Source of the DNA: Paraspadella gotoi | Lineage: Eukaryota; Animalia; Chaetognatha | Assembly (NCBI GenBank): GCA_051294375.1 | Contig: CM119268.1 | Coordinates: forward strand, 16,583,181 to 16,647,180 | Direction of reading: 5' to 3' | Length of the DNA: 64,000 nt | In this document: positions 14,667 through 28,966 of the stretch, piece after piece | Layout of the letters: every line of letters starts with the position of its first letter | Numbering within the stretch: the stretch's first letter is position 1 | Notes under the pieces: generated by a model | Databases searched by the model: none | Told to the model about the DNA's origin: nothing | What the model saw: the letters and a program-made list of their open reading frames with translations, nothing else | Program-made: the position numbers and the translations under genes

Positions 14667-17600
14667 TTAAATAAATTTAAAGCATTTTTGCTTGTCGTGG
14701 GGGAGCCTCGTCTTGAAGAGAACAGAGTCGACGCGGAACTGAGTGTTGAGAAGGGGCATATATCCGTAGATCTCGGCGAAACGATTGATGCACCGATGTC
14801 GCTCTTGGAAATGAGAGTCGTCGCTTGACAAAGCCACCGGGCATCCGGGACATCTGAGTTACGGGCAAGGGCAGTTGGTTCAATCGAGAAATCAAATTGG
14901 CTTAGAAAAAAAGAAAAAGAGTAGAATGGGCGAAAATGGCTTACCTGAACGTCCATCTCGACGTGACTTTGATGGGAGGCGCCCTCGTGATGTGGGCGAC
15001 GAGAAAGTTCATCGCGATGTCCTCGCAATTGATAAAGTCGTCCACTAGTTGACGGATGGCGGAGGGCATAGAGTACGTGTAGGCGTACAGATAGTATTTG
15101 TGAAGGAAGGCTGCGCCGGTCAGCACCATCGAAAGTTCGCAGCTGGAAGGGAGGAAGTTTCTAGAAATAGTAATTTGCCATCTCTCCCATTGACCCATTG
15201 ACCCGGCATATACAATGTAACCCTATTATACATAAACGTCGAGTTACTTGGAAATACCTATAATTAGAGTTGTAATGCCAAACGTTGTTGACGACGTCGT
15301 AGGCGTGGAAGCGACCGGGAAAGCCAACGAGACGATGGCGCGCTTCTCGCCAAACGCGAAAACCGAAGAGAATCTCGTCGTGGCGCAAGTGTGCGTCGTC
15401 GTCGATGGAAAGGACGGCGTCTGTCTCGATGGCGTCGAAGGGGAGGAATCTGGGTTTGGATGACGATACGAGGTAAGATAAGGTAAGAGGTAAGATAAGA
15501 AAATTGCGATGAAATCTGTTTCGATAGCGCCAGTTATAAGTTGTACCAAGAGTCCGAGGCCTTTTGGTAATAAACACCCCGCCCGGATCATTACTGCCGA
15601 CGACACAAATTATTATTTTTTTTTTTAATTGAAAATACTTTCCAGAAGGCTACTTGGCGACAGCGTGCCGTTCTATGGTGAAATTATATTGCGGCGGGCG
15701 CGTCTCTCCCTCGATGATGGAGATAATCATCGCCAAAAGGATGATGGCGAAGATCGTAAGTAAAAGCATTCTCGCAGCCCATAGAAAAGGTTTGGTGGAG
15801 TTTCAACCCAATTTATATGAATTTTTTTAAAAATAAGCAAATCGTTGTCACTATCAGATCCAAAAGATACTAGCAAATCTCTACAAATCTCTCGTTAAAC
15901 CATTGCTTTTTCTATATCTATTTGATATAAAACTCCAACAAACTATTTAATACAGACAAAACAACGTTGAGATATTCCATTGTATTCCACGCAGACTGAC
16001 GCTGCTCGTGATTGAAATCGTCTTTTCTTTCGTAACATTTCGTGTCGCGTTGATCGCGTGATGTAATTTAGAGATGAAATGTTAGCAACATGCTCTGCTC
16101 TTCATTCCGACACGATTAAAAAAGGCAATTATTCGTTTTATGCTAACATATTTGATTTTTTTTATTATTATTTTTGTTTGTTTGTTTTTGTTTCATATGG
16201 ATATAGATATTGTAAATTATCTTTAACTTTGGTCGTTAAACAAAAAAAAGACAGTTTTTTCACAAAGAATATGGCAAAAGATATAAATCTTGAATTACGT
16301 ACCTGTTGTTGAGGCTGTTTTTGGTCGTACGAACAACGACATAAGGCACGGAGATTTCAGGCCACCGCAAATCTTCCATGGGAGGTTTGGGCGCGTTCCA
16401 AACAACAACCACCTTTAAGGAAGACGGCATTTAATTTTAATGAGACAAATATTTAATAAAAACGAATTAAAAATAAATGTACAATTAAAAGAACCTTGTT
16501 GAGATGTGGCAAACCGGACAAACGCTGAAGCGCGTTCATAAGAACCGTTTCCCTTTCGTAAGTGAGCATGACGATGGTAAACTGCTCACGTGGGTGGTTG
16601 CCGCCTGCAATTTTCAAAACAAAAAAAAAAAAATCTCAAAAGTATAGTGATCTAGCCAAACGTTACTATCAAAGAAAATTAATGAAAAAATCTGAAAAAA
16701 ATATGAATGATTGATGCAATAACGAATTATTGATATAATAGTAATTGATTGATTGATGTAATAATAATTGATTGATTGATATAAAAGTAATTGATTAATT
16801 GATATAATAGTAATTGATATAATAATAATTAATTGATTGATGTAATAGTAATTGATTGATTAATATAATAGTAATTGATTGATTGATGCGATAATAACCA
16901 ATATTGATGCGATGATAACCAAAATATTGATGCAATGATAACCAAAGGAGAGATGCGATGATAATTAAAGGATTGATGCGATGATAATCAAATGATTGAT
17001 GCGATGATAACTAAATATTAATGCAAAATTAACCAAATAAGGCGATAACCAAATGATGGATTAACAAAGTAATGGAGGTGATGATAATCATTCATTGAAA
17101 TGATGATAATCTTTCATTGATGAGTTGATAGTCATAGAAAAAAAGAACGACATTTTTAGCTTCCTATGTTTACATACGAGCTATTTTAAATGTTAAAACA
17201 GCGTGACGATGATGACGACAACGACGACGACTATGGTCAAAAGCAGAAACGAATTTACATCTCGCCCAAGTCGGGCATTCGCCCGTCTGGCGAGATGAAA
17301 AGAGAATGTTAACTGGCTGGTTTAGCTTTTTATTTTTAGAAAAAACGTACCCAAAGACTCCGTGAACTCCTTGCCGCTTCCGCCGGCGCCCTTGCCTATG
17401 GGACGGAAGCCTCGAGCGGAACCCATGAATTTCGCGTCAGAGGGAAGGACGGGGTCCCAGGGAAGAGAGGGGTACATATGGAAAGGGTCTAGTTGCCTAA
17501 TGTGAAAAGAATGAAATACAAAATGAATACAATCGTTTTCTAGGCAAAAATTGAAAATATTACAAAGATTAAAAAGAAATAGTATCTAAATAATAGAGAT

Positions 17601-18596
17601 TAAGTTTTTCCCACTAACGTGTTCCACGAGTGATCCATGTCTAGGGAAAAATTTCTGGCAAAGGCAATCGAGGGGAAAGGGGGTTCGACGGGACCGAGTG
17701 CGTCGTCGCCTTCGGGCTCGGGGGCGGGCAGTTCCAGCTTCATGGGGGTGAAGCTTGTATTGAACACAGACGACGAAGGTTCAGACTGGTAAGAGAGAAT
17801 AAACGTTGAACAGTATTGTCTTCGATAATTTGTTGAAAGTTTTTCTCGTCAAACCTGAATAGGTGAGGGAGGGATTTTGAGCCGAGTCCTGTAGAGAGCG
17901 ACGAGGGAGTTGAAGATGGATTCCGAGGACGAAAAGTACGTCTCGTAAAGACGACGAGCCTGCAGGCGTCGCGACAGGATGTCGCTGCCGGGGAAAAAAA
18001 GAAGGGATCCATTACGTTGGTCCTCGACACTCAGGCTTCTTATCACTCCGCAGTTTGCAGAATCTGATTTTTTTTGTCCCCCCCTTTCTCTCTCTCTCTC
18101 TCACCTGTCGGAAAAGGTTCGAAGAACAAAATGCATCTCAGTTATCCTCGCTTTCGGCAAATCGACCACCACGTCCTTCCAGTCAATCACATCGGAAAAA
18201 GGGAGCACGTAGGCGTCTGCAACCGGAAAAAGTATATTCATTATTCAACATGGAATTTTTTTTTTCCTTTCCAACTCCATCCATTCTCTTATACTCACTC
18301 TTATCCCCAACGATGACGGGCACGGCGCCAAACTTGAGGGCCTCTGCAAATCTCGCTGCGAAGGAGGTTGTGGAGATGCGAGTCCAGACGCCTGGAGCGT
18401 GAAACTTGGCGTCTTCGTTAAACGAGGCGGCCATCGGGGACCCGCCAAAATTTAACAGTCCCGCTTCTGGCGCGAAGATCACCGTGAAAGTAGAGTTGGA
18501 CAAAATTTCGCCTACACAGGATAGGAATACCCACGATCAAAGAACAAATACAGAATTTTGGAAGGAAAGAGATTAGAAAGGACGAAGACGACATTG

Positions 18597-18641
<45 letters not shown>

Positions 18642-20840
18642 TTATAATTAATAAACATACCTCTTTTTTCGTGGTCGCCGCAGAGACGCCACTCGCTTAT
18701 CCTCCAGTTCGAAGCAGTTGTTTTCTCGTGACTCACGCAATTTAGGTCGATGAAGCACGAATCGGGAGTCTCAGACTTGTTCATCGATTTCAAAGTATTT
18801 ATCACAGATTCGATTCCCTCCTTCGTTCGAACGAAGTTGAAAATGTAAGAAGAGAACGTAGAGCGGATAACCGTGGGACGTTAGAAAGAAAAAAAAAATA
18901 ATGATCGAGTTAAAAGTCCTTTTCAGCTATAAAGATACGCGATGTCTCAGTTATCTACTTACATTTGTATCATTATATTTTCAAATAAGGAGAGAAACCT
19001 TACCATAAGCCTCCTTTGAGAGCGTAAAAAACTTACCTCCGGGACGCCGCTTACGGCCCGACTGCCCTGAAAGGAGACGAAGTAGCGCCGTCTGGCGGGA
19101 AGGACACGAGGAAGATCGTCCCAGGCGTCGCCGTGGGATCGGGGGGTAAGGAGAGGAGGCAGAACAACGTCGAACCCGAAACGAAATGGTAAGGACGGGG
19201 AAAAAAGGGATGATGCGATCATCGCACGCCCTGAATATGGGATTGTGGAATATCAGAAACTGTTTCTAGTGAAAACTTTGAGGACTATCAAACTATTTCA
19301 GGTTTACCTGTATTGACTTCGGATAGTAGGGACGAGGTAGAGTTGGACAGGAGCCGCAGGTCTGCGATCACGTGATTTCTGCCGTCGCCTTTCCAGTGAG
19401 GCAACGACCTCAGACGCTTTTCCACGGACGCTGGGTCATCTGACGCTGAAATTAGTTTACAAAGCTTGTTGAATTAATTATGGGTTCTTTTAAGTACTAA
19501 TTTAATAAATATTTCAACGACAGTCGAAAACAAACCTAATTTTTGGTTCCCGACGAGCACCAGAAAAAGGCAAGCTCGTCGATCGTCAAAGGTTGAGTGG
19601 GGATTGAGCTGGAGGGCGCGGGCGAAGGATTTCGTCAAAAACGAAGAAGGGGACCCGAGCGAAGAGAACTCGTCCGGGTTGTAGACGTACACTGAAGACA
19701 TCGAAGAAAAACGTTAAGAAAATATCTAAATTCAAAGTTAGTAAGCGTTATCAAAATTAACCACTTCATATTATTCATTAAAAAAAGGTTTACCCGGAAA
19801 TCCTGACGTAACAGAGCATCTCGTCAGGTCGAAGCATCCCCCGTCCAAACTGCAGCGGGTCCTCAACGCCGGTTCCGGCATCGGCAGAGTTTCCTGAGCA
19901 GAGGGCGGAGGCGTCAGACGGATTGGCGCCAGAATTTCCGGCGTTTCGGCCTCGACGGCCTCGCGGTGCCGGAGGCGAGCCTGGTCTATGGTCACCTTCA
20001 GCCGATCCAACTCCTGCGGATGACACCAGAATTTTAATAAATAATAAACTAAAAGGCATCAAAATCTAACTTTTCCGCCCTCACCTGCTTTTTAGTTTCG
20101 TAAGACGCCTTGAGATTTTCGATGTGCACGTGATACTGAGAGATTTCCGCCTGCAGCGTCTGACGTTTATTTTCCAACTCGCGCAACTCGTTGTTCACAC
20201 TCGTCTTAATGCGGACAAGTTCGTCTACGCGAAACCTAAACGTTTGTATATTGGGCATCGTGGTTTTTGAAAATTTAGATGGAAACAAAATTTTTTTCAG
20301 TTGCTTTAACTTATCACAACTACTGCCCCAACTCCAACGCTTAAAGATAAATTCCCAACCGTATTTCCAAAATTCTCAATTACCTCAGATCTGCCACATG
20401 CCCCTCCAATTCTTCCCGCGTGGAATGATCCAACTTGGTACGGCCTCTTCGCGTGCCAGGTCCCCCCTCTGCCTCCTCAGCTGACGCCATGTTGGAGATG
20501 TAATAGTGGGCGACGAGGGGGACGGTGATGAGGATAACCAAAAGAGTTCCTGGAGGGTCGGTTTACGGGGCAAGGGAAAAAACAGTAATAATTAAAAAGC
20601 AATTTCAAATAATTTACAAATAGACGAATAGTATAGGTCATTTTCTAATTACTTATAGATGGTAATATTAATATATAACTTACTATGAATATAGTAATAT
20701 TTATTTCACATACCTATGAGTCTAGAGAGTCGAATGTGCGTTAGCCATACTAAGAGTCCGTTAGCTGAACGGCCACGGCACGGACCGACTGATGAAGGGT
20801 TTCCACCGATCAGAGACAATTGATCGCCGAAAGACGTCAT
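14667..20840 (-). CDS. EXTL3: Exostosin-like 3 glycosyltransferase (heparan sulfate synthesis; GT47 + GT64)
   Basis: About 20 GT-AG exons give N-terminal TM ([17 protein letters not shown]), coiled coil ([29 protein letters not shown]), [80 protein letters not shown] and the C-terminus [23 protein letters not shown], all characteristic of EXTL3/botv. Confidence 0.96.
15650..15769 (-). CDS. Small signal-peptide ORF or alternative first exon nested in an EXTL3 intron
   Basis: ATG at 15769: [39 protein letters not shown]; exon-like GC content; possible 60-nt GT-AG intron 15594-15653 leading in frame into EXTL3. Confidence 0.4.
   Translation of the reverse strand: MLLLTIFAIILLAMIISIIEGETRPPQYNFTIERHAVAK
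16735..17050. repeat. Intronic minisatellite: ~23-nt TAATTGATTGATTGATATAATAG units grading into GATGCGATGATAACCAA units
   Basis: Directly visible degenerate tandem units in an EXTL3 intron. Confidence 0.85.
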
Positions 20841-23516
20841 TTTTATCCTTTAATGTCAACAGCTAAGGCAATGTTGACATGTCGATGTTTGATTTTACGC
20901 TATTTGTAGCAGAAATTGTGCGAAAGCGAGCAGTATCGTCTTTGGCATTGTAGCGTGGGAGAGAGGTAGCGTCGTAAACTTCTTTGGGAAAGTTTGGTGA
21001 AGTCATTTTTAGGGTTAGTCACAGGTTCGCCAAGAAAGTAGCTTCTCTTTCGGTGTCATTACTACGCGCGAGAGAAAGAAATAAATCAATAACAAGAAAA
21101 TAAGAACAATGGAAATGAATGTTTAAAAAGCTGGGGAAAAAACGTGAAAACAATTTTTAGCGCTAGAAATTAATTTATCCCGCTAGAGATCGTTGGTCTC
21201 TTCCAACTGCTTGTCAGACTGTTATTTTAAGAACCAGTAGTACCTCTTCCGACCTAACCCATCCTTCCGACCCACCCATCCTTAAACCCAGCTACTGGTC
21301 AAAGAAATTGCGGAGTCACGCGAAAAGACGATTTCTTTCCTTTCTACCACATTTTTTTTCTTTAGGCAAGAAAAAGGGGGAGCTATTTCTAGGGAAATCA
21401 GCTCACGAAATTGCCCGGCCCAGAAAAAAAAAAGGAAGAAAAATAAAAAAAATCGGAAAAAAGGAGGCACTTCCCGCTTCAAAGCGGGTGAGTGACACGA
21501 GAGTGACTCATTTTTACGAATGGAAATTTAATAAAATAAAATAATCACAGAATTTTCGCAAAATTTAAAAATATGGAAAACTTTAACCCAGATTTTGTCT
21601 TCTTTCAGCGAACTCATCCCATCCAAACTGAGCACGATTTCCGCGCAAAAATTCGAACAATCAAGATCGAGAGCGATTAGGAGAAGATGAGGAACGTGAC
21701 TCGTCAATTATCGCGACGACGATCGTAAATTGGTTCGCGTTCGAAAATCCCGCCGCCGATACGATGAAAAACCCCGATTTGAATTTTATTCCCGGTTTTT
21801 GTGGCACAAAAGAGCCTTTCGCTTTGTTTATTGAACAATCGCGTGCGAGGGACGATCGAACGCGCGATCGAAAGAACGAAAAAAGTGAGGGGAAAAAGCG
21901 AAAGATGAATTAAAAAAAAAGAAAACTATGGCCTCGCGGCCCGGTTCTGAAGAACTTTTTACGGCCGTCGTGAATTTCGAAAATGTTTATTTTTGTAAGT
22001 TATGCATTCATAAATCTCGGAAACAGATGCGCGGATGACGTCAGCGACGCGCTCGCTGTTTTTTTTCGTGGGGAGTTGAGGGAGAGAAAGGGAGGGATCG
22101 TTATGTAGCTTAAAAACATCCCGCGAATTATTTTCCGTGAAGATCGAGCACCAATGATGTATAACCGTCCTGACCGAATCCCGCGGCTATATTTTTGGAC
22201 GAGAAAAAGGCGATGTTTTTAAAGTAATTTGGAGAATTTTTTTTATTGCTTCCCATTTTTCCACTTGAATTAAACATGGGGGGAAAAGCTATTATCAGCC
22301 TCGAACAAAAATAAATACTTCGTTAATTTTAACCCTTTTTTGGTCTTCATTTTGAGAGAATTCTCCCGATGCTGTAATATTCAAGCGTCTGGGAATTGTT
22401 AAGAGTACGTAAGTAGAGCAAATTAAATGGCCTTGTCTTTTAAGCTGAGGACGGTACGAGCTTTGGCTCGTTGGCCATTCAATTTTGGCTTCGACAGGGA
22501 GCTCATCATTCATTGAATCTCCCAAATCGGCTCGCCCTTGCCAATTATCGACTCCGGAGGCCTCGGGATCAAATAGGTCGGATAGAAAGAAGAGCCACGC
22601 GATCGATGTCTGACGCCACGCCCGCCCCCCCTATTCGCTTTTTGGCCGCTTGTTCCGCCCATATCCATATCTCAAAACTAACTGAAAAGTTTGCAGGATT
22701 AGAGACTCAAGATAAGGACGCGATCAATATTCTTAACTTAAAAATTGATTCATTAAGTGACCAGAGGTTCAAACCTCCCCACGTTGAAATAGAGTAACGA
22801 CCGTACAAACTCGTTGTTACTCTCTCATGTTACGCTCTCAAAGTTATGGCGAGAAAAGAAAAGGCGTTGACGGGCCAAAAAGCAATTAGTTCGAAAGCGA
22901 AAGTCGCAAGGTTTTTAACTTTCTGAAAAGAGGACGAATCGGTGAGTATGAAATGAGAAAAAAATAACTTCACACTCTATTACTTTTACACGCACGTGCA
23001 CACCTACCCCCTCCCCAAAAAAGAAAAAGTTTTTTGGTTCAGTTTATTTAATTGCGACGACGGTTGTTTACGTTTAGAAAACGAGAAAAACTTGAATGGT
23101 TAAGTGTTTTTGAATTCGCAATGAAACTACTGAGCCAAAAAAACTAGATTTTATTCTCTTGAAGGATTAGTTTTCATATGTTGATTTGGCTATTTTTAGG
23201 AGTTTTTTTATCGTAATTTGAAAAAATCGATAATTTTGAAAAAAATCTAAAATATGTTTCTTGTGCAGATCAAATTAATGAGCTGGATAATAATTAAACC
23301 TAAGAAAAGAGAACAAAAAAATTTTCGGTATATACCTGTTACTGTTACTGTGATATGTTCGAATAAACGAGTCACGATAGATTTCCTTCTCAAAAAATAA
23401 AACAAAACAAAACAAAAAAATTATGTGAATGAATGTGATTTTTTAATTTTCCGTTGATGAGTGGAGCACATGTTGTTCGTCGTTTTAAGATCGAGAAAGC
23501 GCGTGCAAAAAAAAAA

Positions 23517-23612
<96 letters not shown>

Positions 23613-25933
23613 GAAGCGAGAAGAGGGGATAGGGACTTCAGAGAATAAAGGATAAAAACGGATAAATGGGGGTAATTGGGGTGGGGATGAAAGATAAGCT
23701 TCATTTGGGGAGACGTGAAATAAAAGACGCGAACCTGGCGGAAAAAGGTCGGGGGGCTGAAAGAGCCAAAATCCAATCGACCACTAATTGTCGGCGAAGA
23801 AGCTAAACCGTCGACGGCCTCGCGATTAAAATCCAGACGACGACCTTAAACGAGCCAGTTCGACGGGGAAAGATAAAACGTGAGGCCGGACAATATCTCC
23901 CCCCCCCCCAACGGCCCACTTAACTACTCCTGAGAGAGACGGTCGGAGAGGGTCTGGAAATGGAGGGAGGGGAGTGACAAGATAATGTGATGGTTTGGTT
24001 GGTTAGGGGCATTAAATAGATTGCTGAGAGAAGTCGGGGGGGGGGGGTTTAGAGTATGATTCGACATGAAAATTTAGTTTTCCGTAATTATGGTGTTATT
24101 ATAGTGTTATCTTTTTTTAAAAAAAGTATAATGTTTAGGTTCTAAAAATGCGATTGTAACGATTATATCATCATTGTAGTACAATTTGTACGGTTGTAAA
24201 GCCGGTTGATTTATAAATGTTACCGAAGTAGAGCATTAAACTGTGTTTCAGACAAAAAATCGAAGGATCGAGAAGATATAGTATTTTATATAAAATTAGT
24301 CCAACCAATATAAAAACTATTTATTCAGTCAATAAGTTATTGTGGAGAGGCTCAGAAACAACCAGAAAAAGTAATAAGAATTATTATGGATTTTCCCGGA
24401 AATGGACAAGATTATTGTGGGATGGGTTTTGGCGAGAAGGGCTTAAGTTAAGATTATTAAAAAGAGATTCACAAGAACTCTCCTAGAAAAAAATGAAGAA
24501 AACTAATGATAAATCTGATATATTCATGATGTATTTATATTATTTGATCATCATGAATATCGGTTGTGCATTAAAGAAGGGAAGAAAAACCCAAAAGTCA
24601 ATTTTGAAAAGATTTTGGAAAGAATTAGTTCTCTTCAAAGAATGTAATAAAGTTGGTTTTATTCGTTGTTTATGGAGACTTTAGACCATTTAAGAGCTAT
24701 AAATCGAGACTCGAGAGACGAAAAATAAACTTTAATCCATGTTTTAGCAAGAAAAATTTTTGAGATGTTTATTTTTCTACTCAAATTGAATCCAGGCAGA
24801 TAACGACGGAAGATGGTATCGTTTACGCGTGAAATTTCGTTGTTCATTTTTCTTCTTGTCTATATTTAATTATTTATTTCAAAATTCAGTTTCTTTTTTT
24901 TTGTTACAAAATTAATTAAAATTAATTAAAATTAATTAACTAGACCACAATGGCGTTTTTATGGGTAGTTCTTTTAAGGATAAATAATATTACTTTAAAA
25001 AAAGCTAAGGCTAAAAATTCACAAGTTCAGGTAATTTATTTTCATCCGCGGCTCGCTGGATTTAATTTTCCGGGATTTAACGGAAGAAAAAAATAAGATC
25101 ACAAAAGCGCTCGAAGCCATGGTACAAAATTTAACAACGATAAAATATCCAGCATTCTCTCGCGAAATAAAAAAGAAAATTTGGAATGAAAAATGAAATT
25201 GAAGAAAGGGAAATGAAAGGGAGGAAACAGAGGGAGGAGATGAGGCGGAAAAAGGGCGAAAGGCAGAGAGGGGGGAGGGGGGTAGGGAGAGAGAAAGACC
25301 ACACCAACGTGGAAGACAGAAAGCAGGAAAGACGGTTTTCCAAGATAAGGGGATTAATTTAGTTGGCTGGATCAACCAATCAGGGGGTTGCTCACTAAGA
25401 AACATGATTGAATCGAAATTTTCACCAAATTTGTGGGAGTTTAAATTAAGTTAGTCCAAATTCTTTTGATAGAATCATAGATATAGGGTGAAAGAAAATA
25501 AGGGTAAAGCCATAGCTGAAATAATTTTTTTATTATATGTAATTTTTCAAGAATTCTGTTACAATCAACTTTCTTTTAATAATCCAGTGACAGCGTATTA
25601 TTTTTGTAATTCTTTGTATATAAAGTATTTCGTTACCGCATTCCACGAATATTTCTACAAAACGGCAATTTGCAAATTGATTATTCTACAAAAAGCTCAC
25701 CAAAGCGTTTAAAGATGTGTCAATTTATAATTAGTTTCCAAGATTTTTCTAGCGAAGCCAAAAAAAACCCAAAAACAACAAATTTCACAATAAAAACCTA
25801 AGCAGACATAGGGCTGAAAAAAAATCCAGGCATATATGCTAGCATGGATTCCTTTTTTACAAACATTAAATTGGTTGGAACAAAATGTGATTAATGTTCG
25901 TTAATTAAATCTGTCGATCTTTGGATTCCGAAG

Positions 25934-26020
25934 TATGAAATTGGTCCAACCAATATAAAAATTATCCATTCATTTAATTAATAAGCCATCTTGCCCCTGG
26001 CTTTGGTGGTTTAAGGCCTC
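25934..26020 (+). repeat. Short dispersed repeat, copy A (starts with an ATTGGT-nCA-ACCAAT hairpin)
   Basis: ~85 nt nearly identical to 29216-29313. Confidence 0.85.
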
Positions 26021-26852
26021 ATTCATTGAGAATTTTGATTTCGCGTAAACAAACGACTGAGAATGAGTCGATTACTTGATGTCTTTATGATTTATTTATT
26101 AATATTAGAAGTAAAACGGTAGGCAGTCAGTTAAATAAGTCGTAGTTTTGTCCAAAAAAAAAAACAGATAAAAATAAAAAACGAAATATCAGACCGGGTG
26201 AGGTTTGCAGTCAAAAAAGCTCTTCATTCATATCCGCCGCAGCAACGTGAATGCGGCACCTGCAGCGTCAGCCTGGAAGGCTGCTTTCAGGAGTCTCAGG
26301 CGGTTGCGGCATCTGGAGAGATTTTTCAAGAACTAATGAACTCGGAGGATATGTTGAAAAAAGGACAATGTTTCAATCAGGCTTGGGAAGAAGTTGTTTA
26401 ATTGTTTGATATTAATAATATTATTATTATTAGTTTCACAACCGGATTAATATAATGAATAAACTACACGGATTGAAGGTTAAATATTCCGTTCTGCAAT
26501 ATCCTATTTAACTATTTTCTGTATATTCTTCTACCTTTTTGGCGATCTAATTTTTAAATTAGATCATCATCAATTAAACTTGGGCAAGTTTTTTACTTGT
26601 TTTAGAGATTTGAATAATGTAATAATACTAATAGTAATCGCTATTTCAGACAAAAAGCATCGCGAAGTGTTTGATTTGATTTTATCAAACACTCTCCTTT
26701 TTTGTTCTTTTTTAGGAGATGAGATGTTGTTTCTATTTTAAGCTCCACTTCTGAGAGAAAAAAATTTTGGAAAGTTGAGGTACATTTTTATTTATTTATT
26801 TAATTATTTAATTATTTTTCATTCTTTTTTAATTCCTTTATTTTATTTTTTT

Positions 26853-26853
26853 C

Positions 26854-26948
<95 letters not shown>
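26853..26948. repeat. (TTTC)n microsatellite; (GAAA)n also at ~34486-34570 and ~55407-55489
   Basis: Directly visible. Confidence 0.95.
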
Positions 26949-28189
26949 TTTTTCTTTCTATTTTTACTTTTTCTTTATTTCTTTCTTTTCTTTTTATTTC
27001 ACTTTCTCTCTCTCTCTCTGACTCTCTCCTTATTTTCTAAATTCCCCTCTCTCAATCTTTTTCGACGTTAGTGAGTCTCACCGGTGGAATCCCGGCCTTC
27101 GCTCCGCTGCCATTGCCATCTTCCAAATCTCTTCGGTTCAGATCTCGAAAGTTTTTGCAAGAAACTTTGTTGTCTCGTTCATCGTCGTCGTCGTCTTCGC
27201 CGTCCTTCTCGTCTTCGACGACATCCGCCTTTGTCATCGTTTCCACGGCTCCAGTTGCCAAGTATCAAAATTTGCGCCCAAAATAAAAATAAGATATCTA
27301 CGGTCTTATCTTCTTATGGCGATAATAGGAACAAAAAAATACAGTAGATCCCATTGCTTAAAACTTTCGGAATCATGATTTTTCAAAAAATTTTACGCAT
27401 GAAAATAAATTGACAGCCGCGACTCTGGATTCACGGCATCAACTATAGAACAAAGGCTCAGTTAACGTATTGATGAATTTAAACTAACACTAAACCGTGG
27501 ATTTATGAAATAAAAAACTATGAAGACTCATCGTCGTTTAGTTGCCAATTGTTTTTGGCAACAATGCTATTCCATCTGCGATTTGATCATTAACAAATTT
27601 CGAAACGGAAAAGGAGGCTGGCTTTTCATTTTATTTCTTTGCGGTAAGAATTAATTCGATTTTATTAAATAATCAAAGAAAATGTTAATTTTTAAGATGT
27701 TTAGTTTGTTAAATATACTAATCGAATGGCGGAATCGGATTTAATCTACTAAACTTTTAAAATAGTTTTATATAAAGTGTCATGAAATCCAAGTTCATGT
27801 TCCGCCCTCTGCGTCGCCGTCGTGTTTTTCTAGGGAGTTTTCTCCTTTTTTCGGAATTTACTCTTTTTTCTTCTTCGTTCGTCGCAGTCATTGCACGACT
27901 TAATCTCTCTCAAAAGAGAAGCCTTGCATCCTTGCAGTGCCAGAAACAAATAGTTGAGTTTTCAAACAACTGTCTTAAAAAAATTATCTTTTATTCTATG
28001 TTGCTTGCTATGAGACTAAAAACGCTAAATTTGTAGATATTTTTGGTGTAGATTTCTTTTATCACCATCGCATGTACATCAGAATAACGCACCGCCGGCA
28101 GCAATTGACTTTTAATCTCTTCCAAGAAATTTTCCTTTGATTAATTATAATGGAATGTCGAAAAAGAGAGGACTCTTCCTGGGACCATT

Positions 28190-28377
28190 TTTCCAAAACG
28201 CCCCATTTTAGGTTTAAAAATTAGGTTAATGGTTATGGTTAAGGTTAAGTTTGGGATTAAAATATTGGGGTTAGTGATTAGGGACTGGGTTAAAAATTAG
28301 GTATCAGATTTAGGTTAAATATTAAGATTAAAATTAAATTTATGGATTAAGGAACAGAAATCGGGCGCTTTTGGAAA
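28190..28377. mobile_element. MITE-like element: ~14-bp inverted ends enclosing degenerate TTAGG(G)-like repeats
   Basis: tttccaaaacgccc (28190-28203) and gggcgcttttggaaa (28363-28377) are inverted with one indel; interior reads ttagg/ttaagg/ttatgg/ttaggg. Confidence 0.55.
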
Positions 28378-28551
28378 GATCCGAAAAGTCAGATGGATTT
28401 ACGTATAANNNNNNNNNNGTAAAAAATTCGAAAAACTTTGCTAATCTCTTACAACAACTAAAGAAAGGATTATACCATTAATAGTTAATTGAAAACCAAT
28501 CTCGATAGATAAAGTAAAATAGAAATACGAAAAATTTAACCCATGATTCAG

Positions 28552-28880
28552 GTTCCTCAATTCGAATTCTCGAAGCGTTCACGTGCGTCGGCATTGGATA
28601 TTTCGACGATCCCTATGATTGCTCCGTGTATCACCTCTGCACGACGGGAAGGTCGCTTTATTAATCGACAACTTAATAATTCAATCATTCAATCAAATCA
28701 ATTGAACAATCATTTAATCGAATTCCGTCAATATTTTAGCCATCGAACGATCGCTTGTCCAGCGGGGACTCTTTGGAACACGAAAACTGAACAGTGCAAC
28801 TGGGCTGGGGGCGTGGACTGTGGATCCAAGTGGAAGCCCGAATTCAGTGAGAGAGAGAGAGAAAGAGAAAGAGAAGAGAG

Positions 28881-28966
<86 letters not shown>

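Noticed and set aside
16735-17050. CRISPR-like array
   Set aside because: Degenerate AT-rich tandem units without unique spacers, in a eukaryotic intron
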